DNA of 44,119 nucleotides from a virus: IMG/VR virus record IMGVR_UViG_3300045988_175650, positions 1 to 44,119 of that record; one strand, 5' to 3'. Shown piece by piece: positions 23,738 to 30,938 of this stretch (position 1 is its first letter; each line of letters starts with the position of its first letter). The notes under the pieces were generated by a model. It saw only the letters and a program-made list of their open reading frames with translations, ran no database searches and was not told where the DNA came from. The position numbers and the translations under genes were made by a program.

Positions 23738-24123
23738 AAACATTGGAATTTACCTTCAGAGGCGCGGCGTTCGTGCTGGATTTGACATCCGGAGAACTGC
23801 GCGGCGACGATGGCGACGCGCGCAAGGAAATAGAGCGTGCGACCGCGATTGGGCAGCAAGGCGGGGAATGGAGTGATAGCGCCAATATGTTTATTCCGGT
23901 GCGCATTATCGACCCCATGCACAACGCCAAGCAGTTTGCAGCCTGTATCTTCAGCATCGCGCCGCATAAAGACGATTTCCCAGAGGAGCTTTATCCCTAT
24001 GCACCGCATATGCGGCCAATGGGAGAAGGGCAGCCACTCAACCCGTTCACGGCGACAGCAGAGGAGCGCCAGCAATATAGCGATGGCATGCACGAGCTAC
24101 TGGAGCTAGGCGCCACATTCTGA
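23734..24123 (+). CDS. Hypothetical 129-aa protein overlapping the MuF-fusion stop; candidate cognate immunity/partner protein
   Basis: GTG start overlapping the TGA (GTGA), with GAGG 7 nt upstream. It is followed by a hairpin (24127-24151) and a terminator. Confidence 0.5.
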   Translation: MKTLEFTFRGAAFVLDLTSGELRGDDGDARKEIERATAIGQQGGEWSDSANMFIPVRIIDPMHNAKQFAACIFSIAPHKDDFPEELYPYAPHMRPMGEGQPLNPFTATAEERQQYSDGMHELLELGATF

Positions 24124-24157
24124 CCCCAAATGTGGGATTTCCCCACATTTGCACCAA

Positions 24158-24181
24158 AGCCCCCTCGCGGGGCTTTTTTTA
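24158..24181 (+). terminator. Rho-independent terminator after the MuF-fusion pair
   Basis: GCCCC-ctcgc-GGGGC followed by TTTTTTT. Confidence 0.7.
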
Positions 24182-24238
24182 TGGGCGCGAGAGATAGCCA
24201 ACCTCCCGCGCTTTTTTTATTCCTCAAAGGAGTTAAAC

Positions 24239-24766
24239 ATGGCAAACCTGATATTTGGTGGCACAAGCCTGAGTGTGATTGACCGCAACGGCGACAAGTG
24301 GCTGACGGTAAACGACATTGCGGCGGCGCTTTACCCGTCCGGCGAAAGGGGGTCGCAAACTGCGACCCCCTTTGTAACGCGGGTGCGCGACCTCTACCGC
24401 CGCCATGCTGAAGAATTTACCGACAGCATGACTGCGCTGATTGAAATGGAGGGTGCGGGCGGCAGACAGAAAGTGCGCGTATTCAGCCTGCGCGGCGCGC
24501 ATCTGCTCGGGATGTTCGCCCGTTCGAAGAAAGCCAAGGAGTTCCGCCGCTGGGTGCTGGACATCATCGAGCGCCACAACCACGAGCGCGGCATCCTCAC
24601 CACCCAATACCATCAGGCGCTGCTGGATTACGCCACAGGCAAGGCGAACGCCAGTCTGTGCGGCAGGGGGCTGAACCTGTGGAAGCAGGAAAAGCCCGGC
24701 ATCCGCAAGCGCCTTGCCGACATCGTGCAGAAAATACAACCCGATATGTTCATCACCGCCCGCTAA
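24239..24766 (+). CDS. BRO-N domain protein / antirepressor-like (175 aa)
   Basis: IFGGTSLSVIDRNGDKWLTVNDIAAALY and VRVFSLRGAHLLGMFARSKKAKEFRRWVLD fit the BRO-N pattern. RBS AAGGAG before the ATG at 24239. Confidence 0.65.
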   Translation: MANLIFGGTSLSVIDRNGDKWLTVNDIAAALYPSGERGSQTATPFVTRVRDLYRRHAEEFTDSMTALIEMEGAGGRQKVRVFSLRGAHLLGMFARSKKAKEFRRWVLDIIERHNHERGILTTQYHQALLDYATGKANASLCGRGLNLWKQEKPGIRKRLADIVQKIQPDMFITAR

Positions 24767-24779
24767 TGCGGGCTTTTTT
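24758..24779 (+). terminator. Rho-independent terminator whose loop contains the BRO-N gene stop codon
   Basis: GCCCGC-TAAT-GCGGGC followed by TTTTTT. Confidence 0.75.
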
Positions 24780-24802
24780 ATACCCAAACCAAGGAGTAAT
24801 CC

Positions 24803-25204
24803 ATGACAACGCAAACCATCCAGTACGACAAACCGTCCTTCCTGCACTGGGAAGGGCACCCGACCAACAGCCGCACGCGCGTCAAGGCCGCGAAGCAGGT
24901 CAAGGCAGGCGAGGTGCTGGTTTTGACCGACAAAGGCTACGAGCCATTCAAGGGGACGACCCTGCCGACCATTCCGGCGGGCGCGGTGCCGGGTGCGGTC
25001 GTCGCCTTTGCCCTGGCCGACGCCGACAAGGATGCGCAGGTGCCGTGCATCATCCGCAACGCCACCGTCCTCATTGACAAGCTAGTCGGTGTCGCTGCCG
25101 ATGCCTTTGACGACACCAAGCCGCTGCATCCGCTGGTCTCCCATTGCAACGCCCAAGGCATTGCGCTCAATACGTCCATCGCAACCCAGCGAGGCTTTGA
25201 ATGA
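24803..25204 (+). CDS. Putative head decoration protein (gpD-like), 133 aa
   Basis: Its size, its position before the protease/scaffold and E-like capsid genes, and a Gly/Ala/Val-rich sequence. The assignment is tentative. Confidence 0.45.
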   Translation: MTTQTIQYDKPSFLHWEGHPTNSRTRVKAAKQVKAGEVLVLTDKGYEPFKGTTLPTIPAGAVPGAVVAFALADADKDAQVPCIIRNATVLIDKLVGVAADAFDDTKPLHPLVSHCNAQGIALNTSIATQRGFE

Positions 25205-26004
25205 GCGGCATCACCCTAAGCATCGCCCGCCTCTCCGTTGATGAGCGGCGCAAGATGCGTGGTGTCGCCTACGCGGGCGGGGTGCTGTCCTACTACGGCG
25301 ACAACATCGCCATCGACCTCGACAGCCTTAAATTCGACGGCAAGCAAATCCCGCTCTTGCGCAGCCACGACCGCGACCGCGTGGTCGGTTATGGCCACCT
25401 CATGCGCGAGGGCAATGCACTCATCGTCGAGGGCGAGATGCTCAACAACGACCACGCCAGCGAAATCACCAGCGCCGCTGATGAGGGACTGGAGTGGCAG
25501 ATGAGCGTGCATATCGAGAGCCGTCGCACCCTGACCCGTAACGCGGGCGATGTCGTCAACGGGCAGGCGATTACCGTCGATGAGGTGACGGTGCTGGCTG
25601 ACGGCGTCATCCGTGAGGTGTCATTTACACCGACCGGCGTTGATGCCGATACCAGCGCCCGCATCCTTTCCCTATCCCTTAAATCCGATCAGGAACCTGA
25701 AATGAACAAAGAACTGGAACAACAGGTGGCAACGCTGTCCGCCGAGAAAGCGAACCTCGCCGCCGAAAACGAAACCCTGAAACAGCAACTCGCCGAACAG
25801 GCAACCGCCGCGAAGCTGGCGCAACTGTCCGCCCTCGGTGTTGATGGTGAGCGAGCTGCCAAACTCGCCAAAGCCGACGACGACACTTTTGCCGCGTTGG
25901 TCGAGCAAATCCAGCTCACGATGAAGCAGACCGCTGTGCTTTCCGTCCTCTACGAAGGCGGCGAAACGCCGGAAACCCGACCGAACCCGCTGCTGCGAGC
26001 CTAA
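25201..26004 (+). CDS. Prohead protease (HK97-type) fused to a coiled-coil scaffold segment (267 aa)
   Basis: PLLRSHDRDRVVGYGHL...ALIVEGEML...EWQMSVHIE fits the His/Ser prohead-protease pattern. The C-terminal NKELEQQVATLSAEKANLAAENETLKQQLAEQ is scaffold-like coiled coil. Confidence 0.6.
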   Translation: MSGITLSIARLSVDERRKMRGVAYAGGVLSYYGDNIAIDLDSLKFDGKQIPLLRSHDRDRVVGYGHLMREGNALIVEGEMLNNDHASEITSAADEGLEWQMSVHIESRRTLTRNAGDVVNGQAITVDEVTVLADGVIREVSFTPTGVDADTSARILSLSLKSDQEPEMNKELEQQVATLSAEKANLAAENETLKQQLAEQATAAKLAQLSALGVDGERAAKLAKADDDTFAALVEQIQLTMKQTAVLSVLYEGGETPETRPNPLLRA

Positions 26005-26016
26005 ACCCAACACCTC

Positions 26017-26038
26017 AGCCCCGAACAGGGGCTTTTTT
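26017..26038 (+). terminator. Hairpin + T-run between the scaffold and capsid genes (attenuator/terminator)
   Basis: AGCCCC-gaaca-GGGGCT followed by TTTTTT, 20 nt before the capsid ATG. Confidence 0.6.
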
Positions 26039-26059
26039 ATACCCAACAAGGAGTAATTC

Positions 26060-27049
26060 ATGACTACACTCGCCATGCTTGGCCTTACCCAAAAAGAGCT
26101 GGATGAAGCGGTAAACCAAAAGCCGAACGTCCCGTCTCGTCTGCTCGCCGATCCAATGTGGCGCGACAAAAACTTGACCACGACGGCAGTCATGGTCGAG
26201 TTTGTCGGCGGCCGTGTCGCCCTTATCCCGACGCGCGACCGTGCCGACGCGCCGAATCAAAAAGCCTACGGCAAGGACAGCATCGTCCGCACCTTCCGTG
26301 TGCCGCATCTCTCGCTACAAACCACCATCCGCGCCGACCAAATCCAGGACGTGCGCAAGGCGGGAACGGCAGACGCACTGCTCTCCAATGCCGAAGTGGT
26401 ATCGGACGAAATCACCGAACACCGCAACAGCCACGACGCTACCATCGAACACCTGATGCTGGGCGCGGTCAAAGGCAAGATTGTCGATGCCGACGGCACG
26501 ACAGTCATTTACGACCTGTTCAGTGAGTTCGGCATTACCGAGCCGGAAACCACCATGCAGTTTGGTGGCACGGGCGACCTCGGCCTCGTCATCGAACAAA
26601 CCCTACGCGCGATGAAAAAAGCGCTCAAGGGCGACGTCGCCAACGGTTGCACCGTGCTGTGCAGCCCGGAATTTTTCGACGCGCTCGTCTCGCACAAATC
26701 CACCAAAGAGGCGTGGCTGCGCTATCAGGACAACATCCTCGCCCGCGAAAACACCCAGGGCAAGTTCGCTTGGAAGGGCATGAACTTTGAAATCTACGAC
26801 TACAGCATCGGCGCCACCCCGATGATTGAAGCAGGCCATGCACACGCCTACCTCACCGGGATGCGTAACGGCTTCGTGCGCTACAACGCCCCCGGCAACA
26901 TGATGACCGAGGCGAACAAAATGGCGCGCGCCTTCTATATCGACGTGGAAAACCTCGAACACAAGCGCGGGGTGAGCATCTACACCGAGGGCAACCCGCT
27001 GCCGATGTGCTTGCGCCCGCAGACCCTGATGCACTTCAAGAGCGCGTGA
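26060..27049 (+). CDS. Major capsid protein, lambda gpE-like family (329 aa)
   Basis: Strong RBS AAGGAG. Its size, its position and the overall pattern (for example the C-terminal ...YTEGNPLPMCLRPQTLMHF) resemble Phage_cap_E proteins. Confidence 0.7.
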   Translation: MTTLAMLGLTQKELDEAVNQKPNVPSRLLADPMWRDKNLTTTAVMVEFVGGRVALIPTRDRADAPNQKAYGKDSIVRTFRVPHLSLQTTIRADQIQDVRKAGTADALLSNAEVVSDEITEHRNSHDATIEHLMLGAVKGKIVDADGTTVIYDLFSEFGITEPETTMQFGGTGDLGLVIEQTLRAMKKALKGDVANGCTVLCSPEFFDALVSHKSTKEAWLRYQDNILARENTQGKFAWKGMNFEIYDYSIGATPMIEAGHAHAYLTGMRNGFVRYNAPGNMMTEANKMARAFYIDVENLEHKRGVSIYTEGNPLPMCLRPQTLMHFKSA

Positions 27050-27519
27050 TGTACGCACAACCGCAAGACATCATCGACCGCTTCGGCGCGCGCGAGGTGA
27101 AACAGGTGTTGGAAGCCGACCCCGATCCGCAAAACGCCCGTCTCTTGGCGGCGTGTGCGGATGCGGCGGCGCTGGCGGATACCTACATCGCCCGCGCGCA
27201 CCCGTTGCCCCTACCGTCCGTGCCAGCGGCGCTGGTGTCAGCTACGGCGGACATCGCCCGCTACCGGCTGCACGACGACCAAATCAAAGAGGGCGGCGAC
27301 ACCGGGAAAACCACCATCCGCCTGCGCTACGAGGACGCCTTGAAATGGCTGGCCGACGTTGCGGCGGGCAAGGTGCAACTCTATCCGGGGAGCGGCGACA
27401 ACCGCAAACCGGATAGCCCGTTGCCGCTCACGGGCAACCATCGCATCGCCGTCGTATCCAGCCCGGTCATCTATGACCAGGCGACGTTGGACAAGATGGA
27501 CATGGTGCGACGGAGGTAG
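27049..27519 (+). CDS. DUF1320 (Mu gp36-like) head-tail connector protein (156 aa)
   Basis: MYAQPQDIIDRFGAREVKQVLE...LADTYIARAHPLPLPSVPAALVSATADIARYRL is the typical DUF1320 N-terminal pattern. TGATG overlap with the capsid stop. Confidence 0.7.
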   Translation: MYAQPQDIIDRFGAREVKQVLEADPDPQNARLLAACADAAALADTYIARAHPLPLPSVPAALVSATADIARYRLHDDQIKEGGDTGKTTIRLRYEDALKWLADVAAGKVQLYPGSGDNRKPDSPLPLTGNHRIAVVSSPVIYDQATLDKMDMVRRR

Positions 27520-27521
27520 CG

Positions 27522-27980
27522 ATGCGCTTTGTGGTATCGACGGACGGGCTGGGCGAAGCGCTCGGCACGCTACGGCTATTGGCGACGAAGGGCGAAGACC
27601 TGACACCGATGCTGGACGAGCTGGGACAGGACGAAGTAGCGCGGGTAGTGCAACGCTTCGAGCAATCCCGTTCGCCGGACGGCACGGCGTGGCAGACACT
27701 AAAACAGCCGCGTCGCCCGACAAAAAAACGCCCAGCCTACGTCCCCGCAGGACAACAACGCATTCCCGGTGATAACCCGCTGCGGGATTGGGGCGTATTG
27801 CAAGGCTCCATCACCGCACAAATCATTGGCAAACACACCCTGCAAATCGGCACTGCGACCGACTACGCCCACTATCACCAGTTCGGCACACAGCACATCC
27901 CGGCGCGCCCGTTTTTGGGCGTCTCGGACGACCTGCTCGCCAGCATCAAGGAACTGACCCATGCCTACTTCAGCATTTGA
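27522..27980 (+). CDS. Virion morphogenesis protein, Mu gpG-like (152 aa)
   Basis: SRSPDGTAWQTL..., IGTATDYAHYHQFGTQHIPARPFLGVSDD matches the gpG/Phage_tail_S family pattern. Confidence 0.7.
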   Translation: MRFVVSTDGLGEALGTLRLLATKGEDLTPMLDELGQDEVARVVQRFEQSRSPDGTAWQTLKQPRRPTKKRPAYVPAGQQRIPGDNPLRDWGVLQGSITAQIIGKHTLQIGTATDYAHYHQFGTQHIPARPFLGVSDDLLASIKELTHAYFSI

Positions 27981-28413
27981 CGTCAATGCCGCCTACGCGC
28001 CCATCGCAGCGCGGCTGAAAACGGTGGACGGGGTGCGTGCTGTCTGCGGTGCCAACGACCTCGCCCAAGTCGTCAACGGCAATACCACGGGGACGGACGG
28101 CTACGTCTATCTCATCTTTGACGGCATCGCACCCAAAAGCGACGCGGGCAACGGGCGCCACCAACTCATTACCGTGACCTACAGCATCATCATTGCCTCG
28201 CAAAATTACCAGCGCGACGGTATGCCGGACGGCGTGGGCGAGCTGATTGGTGGCGTCATGCAGGCGATGGCGGGCTTTGCCCCGCTGGATGATGACCCGC
28301 GCTCGCGGCAAACCTTGCAAATGGTGCCGGGCGAGCGGGCGGTATATGCCTACGGCTTGAGCCTCTACCCGCTCAAATATCAACTCAATCTCAATTTCCA
28401 ATCCAAGGAGTAA
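27961..28413 (+). CDS. Neck / tail-completion protein (150 aa), possibly Mu gp37-like
   Basis: It lies between the gpG-like and tail tube genes. No confident motif. Confidence 0.45.
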   Translation: MPTSAFDVNAAYAPIAARLKTVDGVRAVCGANDLAQVVNGNTTGTDGYVYLIFDGIAPKSDAGNGRHQLITVTYSIIIASQNYQRDGMPDGVGELIGGVMQAMAGFAPLDDDPRSRQTLQMVPGERAVYAYGLSLYPLKYQLNLNFQSKE

Positions 28414-28416
28414 CAC

Positions 28417-29169
28417 ATGGCAGCACAACTGCGACACGACGGTTTCATTGGCGAAGGTACCCTGTACATCCGCCGCCTAGACCGCACCGACCTCGGACTG
28501 ATTCCGGTGGGTAACGCCACCGAGCTTTCTGTCTCGATGGAATCGGAAGTGAAAGAGCGCATCTCGAAAATGCGCGAGAACTACGGCGCGGTCTTGAACA
28601 CCGTCATCCTGCCGAAATCCGGCGAGCTGAAAATCACCCTCGACGACTTCAACGAGGAGAACATGGCGATGGTCTTCCAGGGCGCACTGAAACGCGAACA
28701 GATGACCGCGCAAACCGTCTCCGACGAAATGGTCGATGTGGATTTGGGACGTTACCTCAAACTCAAGCACGGCTACCTCACCGAGACCGATACCACCGTG
28801 AAAAAATCGGACGACACGCCGATTGCAGCCGAACACTACGAGGTGCATCACCGCCTCGGCATGATTAAGCTCAAAGACACCGCAGGCGTGGCGAAAGGCG
28901 ACAAAATCAAGGTCAGCTACAAGACGGCAAACTGGGAGGCGTGGGTCATCCAAGCCAACACCGACAGCCAAATCAAATGCGAGCTGGTGCTGGATGGTCG
29001 CAACCGCGTCAATGGTGCGGATGTCAAACTGCACATCCCGAAGGCAACCCTGTCGGCGAGCGGCGCGTTCAACTTCTTCTCTGACGACTTCAACACCATC
29101 GAGCTGTCAGGGCGCCCGGAAGTACCGGAAGGTCAGACCAGCCCGTTCACAGTCACGCTCAAGGCGTAA
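28417..29169 (+). CDS. Major tail tube protein (250 aa)
   Basis: Strong RBS AAGGAG. Its position upstream of the tape measure, its beta-rich composition, and the absence of any sheath gene support the call. Confidence 0.6.
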   Translation: MAAQLRHDGFIGEGTLYIRRLDRTDLGLIPVGNATELSVSMESEVKERISKMRENYGAVLNTVILPKSGELKITLDDFNEENMAMVFQGALKREQMTAQTVSDEMVDVDLGRYLKLKHGYLTETDTTVKKSDDTPIAAEHYEVHHRLGMIKLKDTAGVAKGDKIKVSYKTANWEAWVIQANTDSQIKCELVLDGRNRVNGADVKLHIPKATLSASGAFNFFSDDFNTIELSGRPEVPEGQTSPFTVTLKA

Positions 29170-29178
29170 GGAGGCGAC

Positions 29179-29346
29179 ATGAAAATCCGCGCCATCAAAC
29201 CCTTCACCCACGGCGACCGATCCTTTGCGGTCGGCGACGAGGTGGACGCATCCCTCGCCGCAGGCAAATGGCTCATCGAACAGGGCGTTGCCGTTGAGGT
29301 GGTAGCCGAGACAAAAGAGGCGAAAGAGCGGCCGAAACCAGCATAA
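29179..29346 (+). CDS. Small protein (55 aa; below the ORF-track cutoff)
   Basis: My own translation: MKIRAIKPFTHGDRSFAVGDEVDASLAAGKWLIEQGVAVEVVAETKEAKERPKPA. Strong RBS TAAGGAGG 5 nt before the ATG at 29179. Confidence 0.6.
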   Translation: MKIRAIKPFTHGDRSFAVGDEVDASLAAGKWLIEQGVAVEVVAETKEAKERPKPA

Positions 29347-29427
29347 CGTTGTCTTGAACCGGCGATGAAAAACGCAGGCGGCACGGGCGATGCTTGGCAG
29401 GCGTCATCCCCCAACAGGAATGACACC

Positions 29428-29877
29428 ATGCCCATTATCAAATGCCCGTACTGCGCCGGTGAAATCGAAACCGGCAAACAAAAAGGCGACCTCATCCGCT
29501 GCGAACATTGCCATAAACCGTTTGAGATCGGTGTCACCCGTCCGCGACCGGCGCCAGCATCCGCAGCGGCGTCGCCCGCAGCCCCTGCGCCTGTTACCCG
29601 ATATCGGGAAAAACCGGCGCAGGACATCAGCGCAACCGAGTTTGCGGGCGGACTGAGTATCGCCAAGTTCGTCGCCTTTATCGGCTGGTTTGTAATACTC
29701 ATCGCGCTGCTGTCATTTCTCGCCGCACTGTTTAGCGCCAAACCTATGGTGGGCATTGCGATTTCCATTGGCGCGCTGGTGTCAGGATGCAGTTTGCTAC
29801 TGTTTGCCCACATTGCCACTGCAACGATGAAAACCGCAGACTACGCCCGCATCACCGCGCTGAATTCGATGGAATAA
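29428..29877 (+). CDS. Zinc-ribbon + Pro/Ala linker + two-TM membrane protein (149 aa from MPIIKCPYC)
   Basis: CPYC...(13 aa)...CEHC zinc ribbon; PRPAPASAAASPAAPAP linker; hydrophobic helices FVAFIGWFVILIALLSFLAALF and GIAISIGALVSGCSLLLFAHI. Confidence 0.65.
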   Translation: MPIIKCPYCAGEIETGKQKGDLIRCEHCHKPFEIGVTRPRPAPASAAASPAAPAPVTRYREKPAQDISATEFAGGLSIAKFVAFIGWFVILIALLSFLAALFSAKPMVGIAISIGALVSGCSLLLFAHIATATMKTADYARITALNSME

Positions 29878-29880
29878 ACC

Positions 29881-30666
29881 GTGTTTACCTTCTTTGATTT
29901 TGACCCCGATGCTCCGCAGTTTGTGGCTGATTATGAGACCGCCTGGAAAATTGTCGCCTCACAACTGGAGATGGACAATAACCAACGTGTCAATATTAAA
30001 GAAGCCATACGGCAGCGGTTTAATCGAGGCATCAAAGAAATATACCGGGATGTCAAACCGTTTTTTATTGAAAAAGAATGGGGGTGGCGAAACCTGGATG
30101 CGTATATTGCGCATTTCAGGACACGCCCGTACATGCCGTATATGCTCGAATGGGCAGCAAGTTATCACGATATTCCGCAAAATCCCGATATGGATACGGC
30201 ATTATCATGGTTTACCGTGGCGGAATTAAAAGGATTTTGCAAAACGCACGGTTTGTCTGCTACGGGCAAACGGGAAGATATTGAAAATACCATCCGCTCA
30301 GAAGGTAGTTTTCTTGCGGCATGGTCTGGCGAAATAGCTCAAAGGCGCAGGGAGAAAGAAGAGAAAAAATCTTTATCCGACAAGAGAAAACGGGCAGAAA
30401 TCCTGATTCATTACGTTGTTTTTCTTTGTGGCGCACAAGGCAGGATACGGGATATTAAAAAGGCTTTTGCCCGCAATCCAGAAGCCGTAGTTGTCTTCAT
30501 GGATTGTCATGACGAAGGGGAGCGCGATTTCTACAAAAATATTACTGCAATTGATGAGATGTATTACCCGCCATTTTTCCCCGGCGACCGGGTAATAACG
30601 ATGATATTTAGAAATCGTGAAAAAGTACCGGCAGGTAGGAGAATATTGCAAACACCGTGGAAATAA
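29881..30666 (+). CDS. Uncharacterised 261-aa protein, paralogue B of the 7893-8570 product, with an inserted SAP-like motif
   Basis: The GTG start is supported by N-terminal alignment with paralogue A (MFTFFDFDPDAPQFVADY vs MTGLLEFDPDEKEFVADY). The extra ~45-aa segment contains FTVAELKGFCKTHGLSATGKREDIENTI (SAP-like). Low GC (sampled lines 37-48%). Confidence 0.8.
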   Translation: MFTFFDFDPDAPQFVADYETAWKIVASQLEMDNNQRVNIKEAIRQRFNRGIKEIYRDVKPFFIEKEWGWRNLDAYIAHFRTRPYMPYMLEWAASYHDIPQNPDMDTALSWFTVAELKGFCKTHGLSATGKREDIENTIRSEGSFLAAWSGEIAQRRREKEEKKSLSDKRKRAEILIHYVVFLCGAQGRIRDIKKAFARNPEAVVVFMDCHDEGERDFYKNITAIDEMYYPPFFPGDRVITMIFRNREKVPAGRRILQTPWK

Positions 30667-30674
30667 TTCATTCA

Positions 30675-30701
30675 AGCCCCTTGCATTCGCGGGGGCTTTT
30701 T
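30675..30701 (+). terminator. Imperfect hairpin + T-run after paralogue B
   Basis: AGCCCC...GGGGCT followed by TTTTT. It overlaps a candidate promoter (TTGCAT 30681-30686, 17-nt spacer, TATAGT 30704-30709). Confidence 0.5.
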
Positions 30702-30938
30702 CGTATAGTGTCTTCACTACTTATACATAGCGGCTCCCGCATCCGACAACATTGCGGTTTTTTTGTGTCCGTGCTCCATCGTTCGTTTCGCATGGTTACA
30801 GGATTTCACCCAGTTTATGGCGGGTCTAGAGCGCCGAATACAATACCTTCGGGAAATAAGCGCCGCCGACTATGTACGGTAGTTGAAGCCCGCCGCCCAT
30901 TTCGCGGCGACCATAAACTGAAATACATAGGTGAAATT

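Noticed and set aside
20745-28413. The element as a transposable Mu-like phage, because of the Mu gp29/gp30/gpG/gp36-like head genes
   Set aside because: There are no transposase or MuB-like genes. A tyrosine integrase and a 55-bp tRNA-derived att duplication show site-specific integration. Only the head-morphogenesis module is Mu-like.
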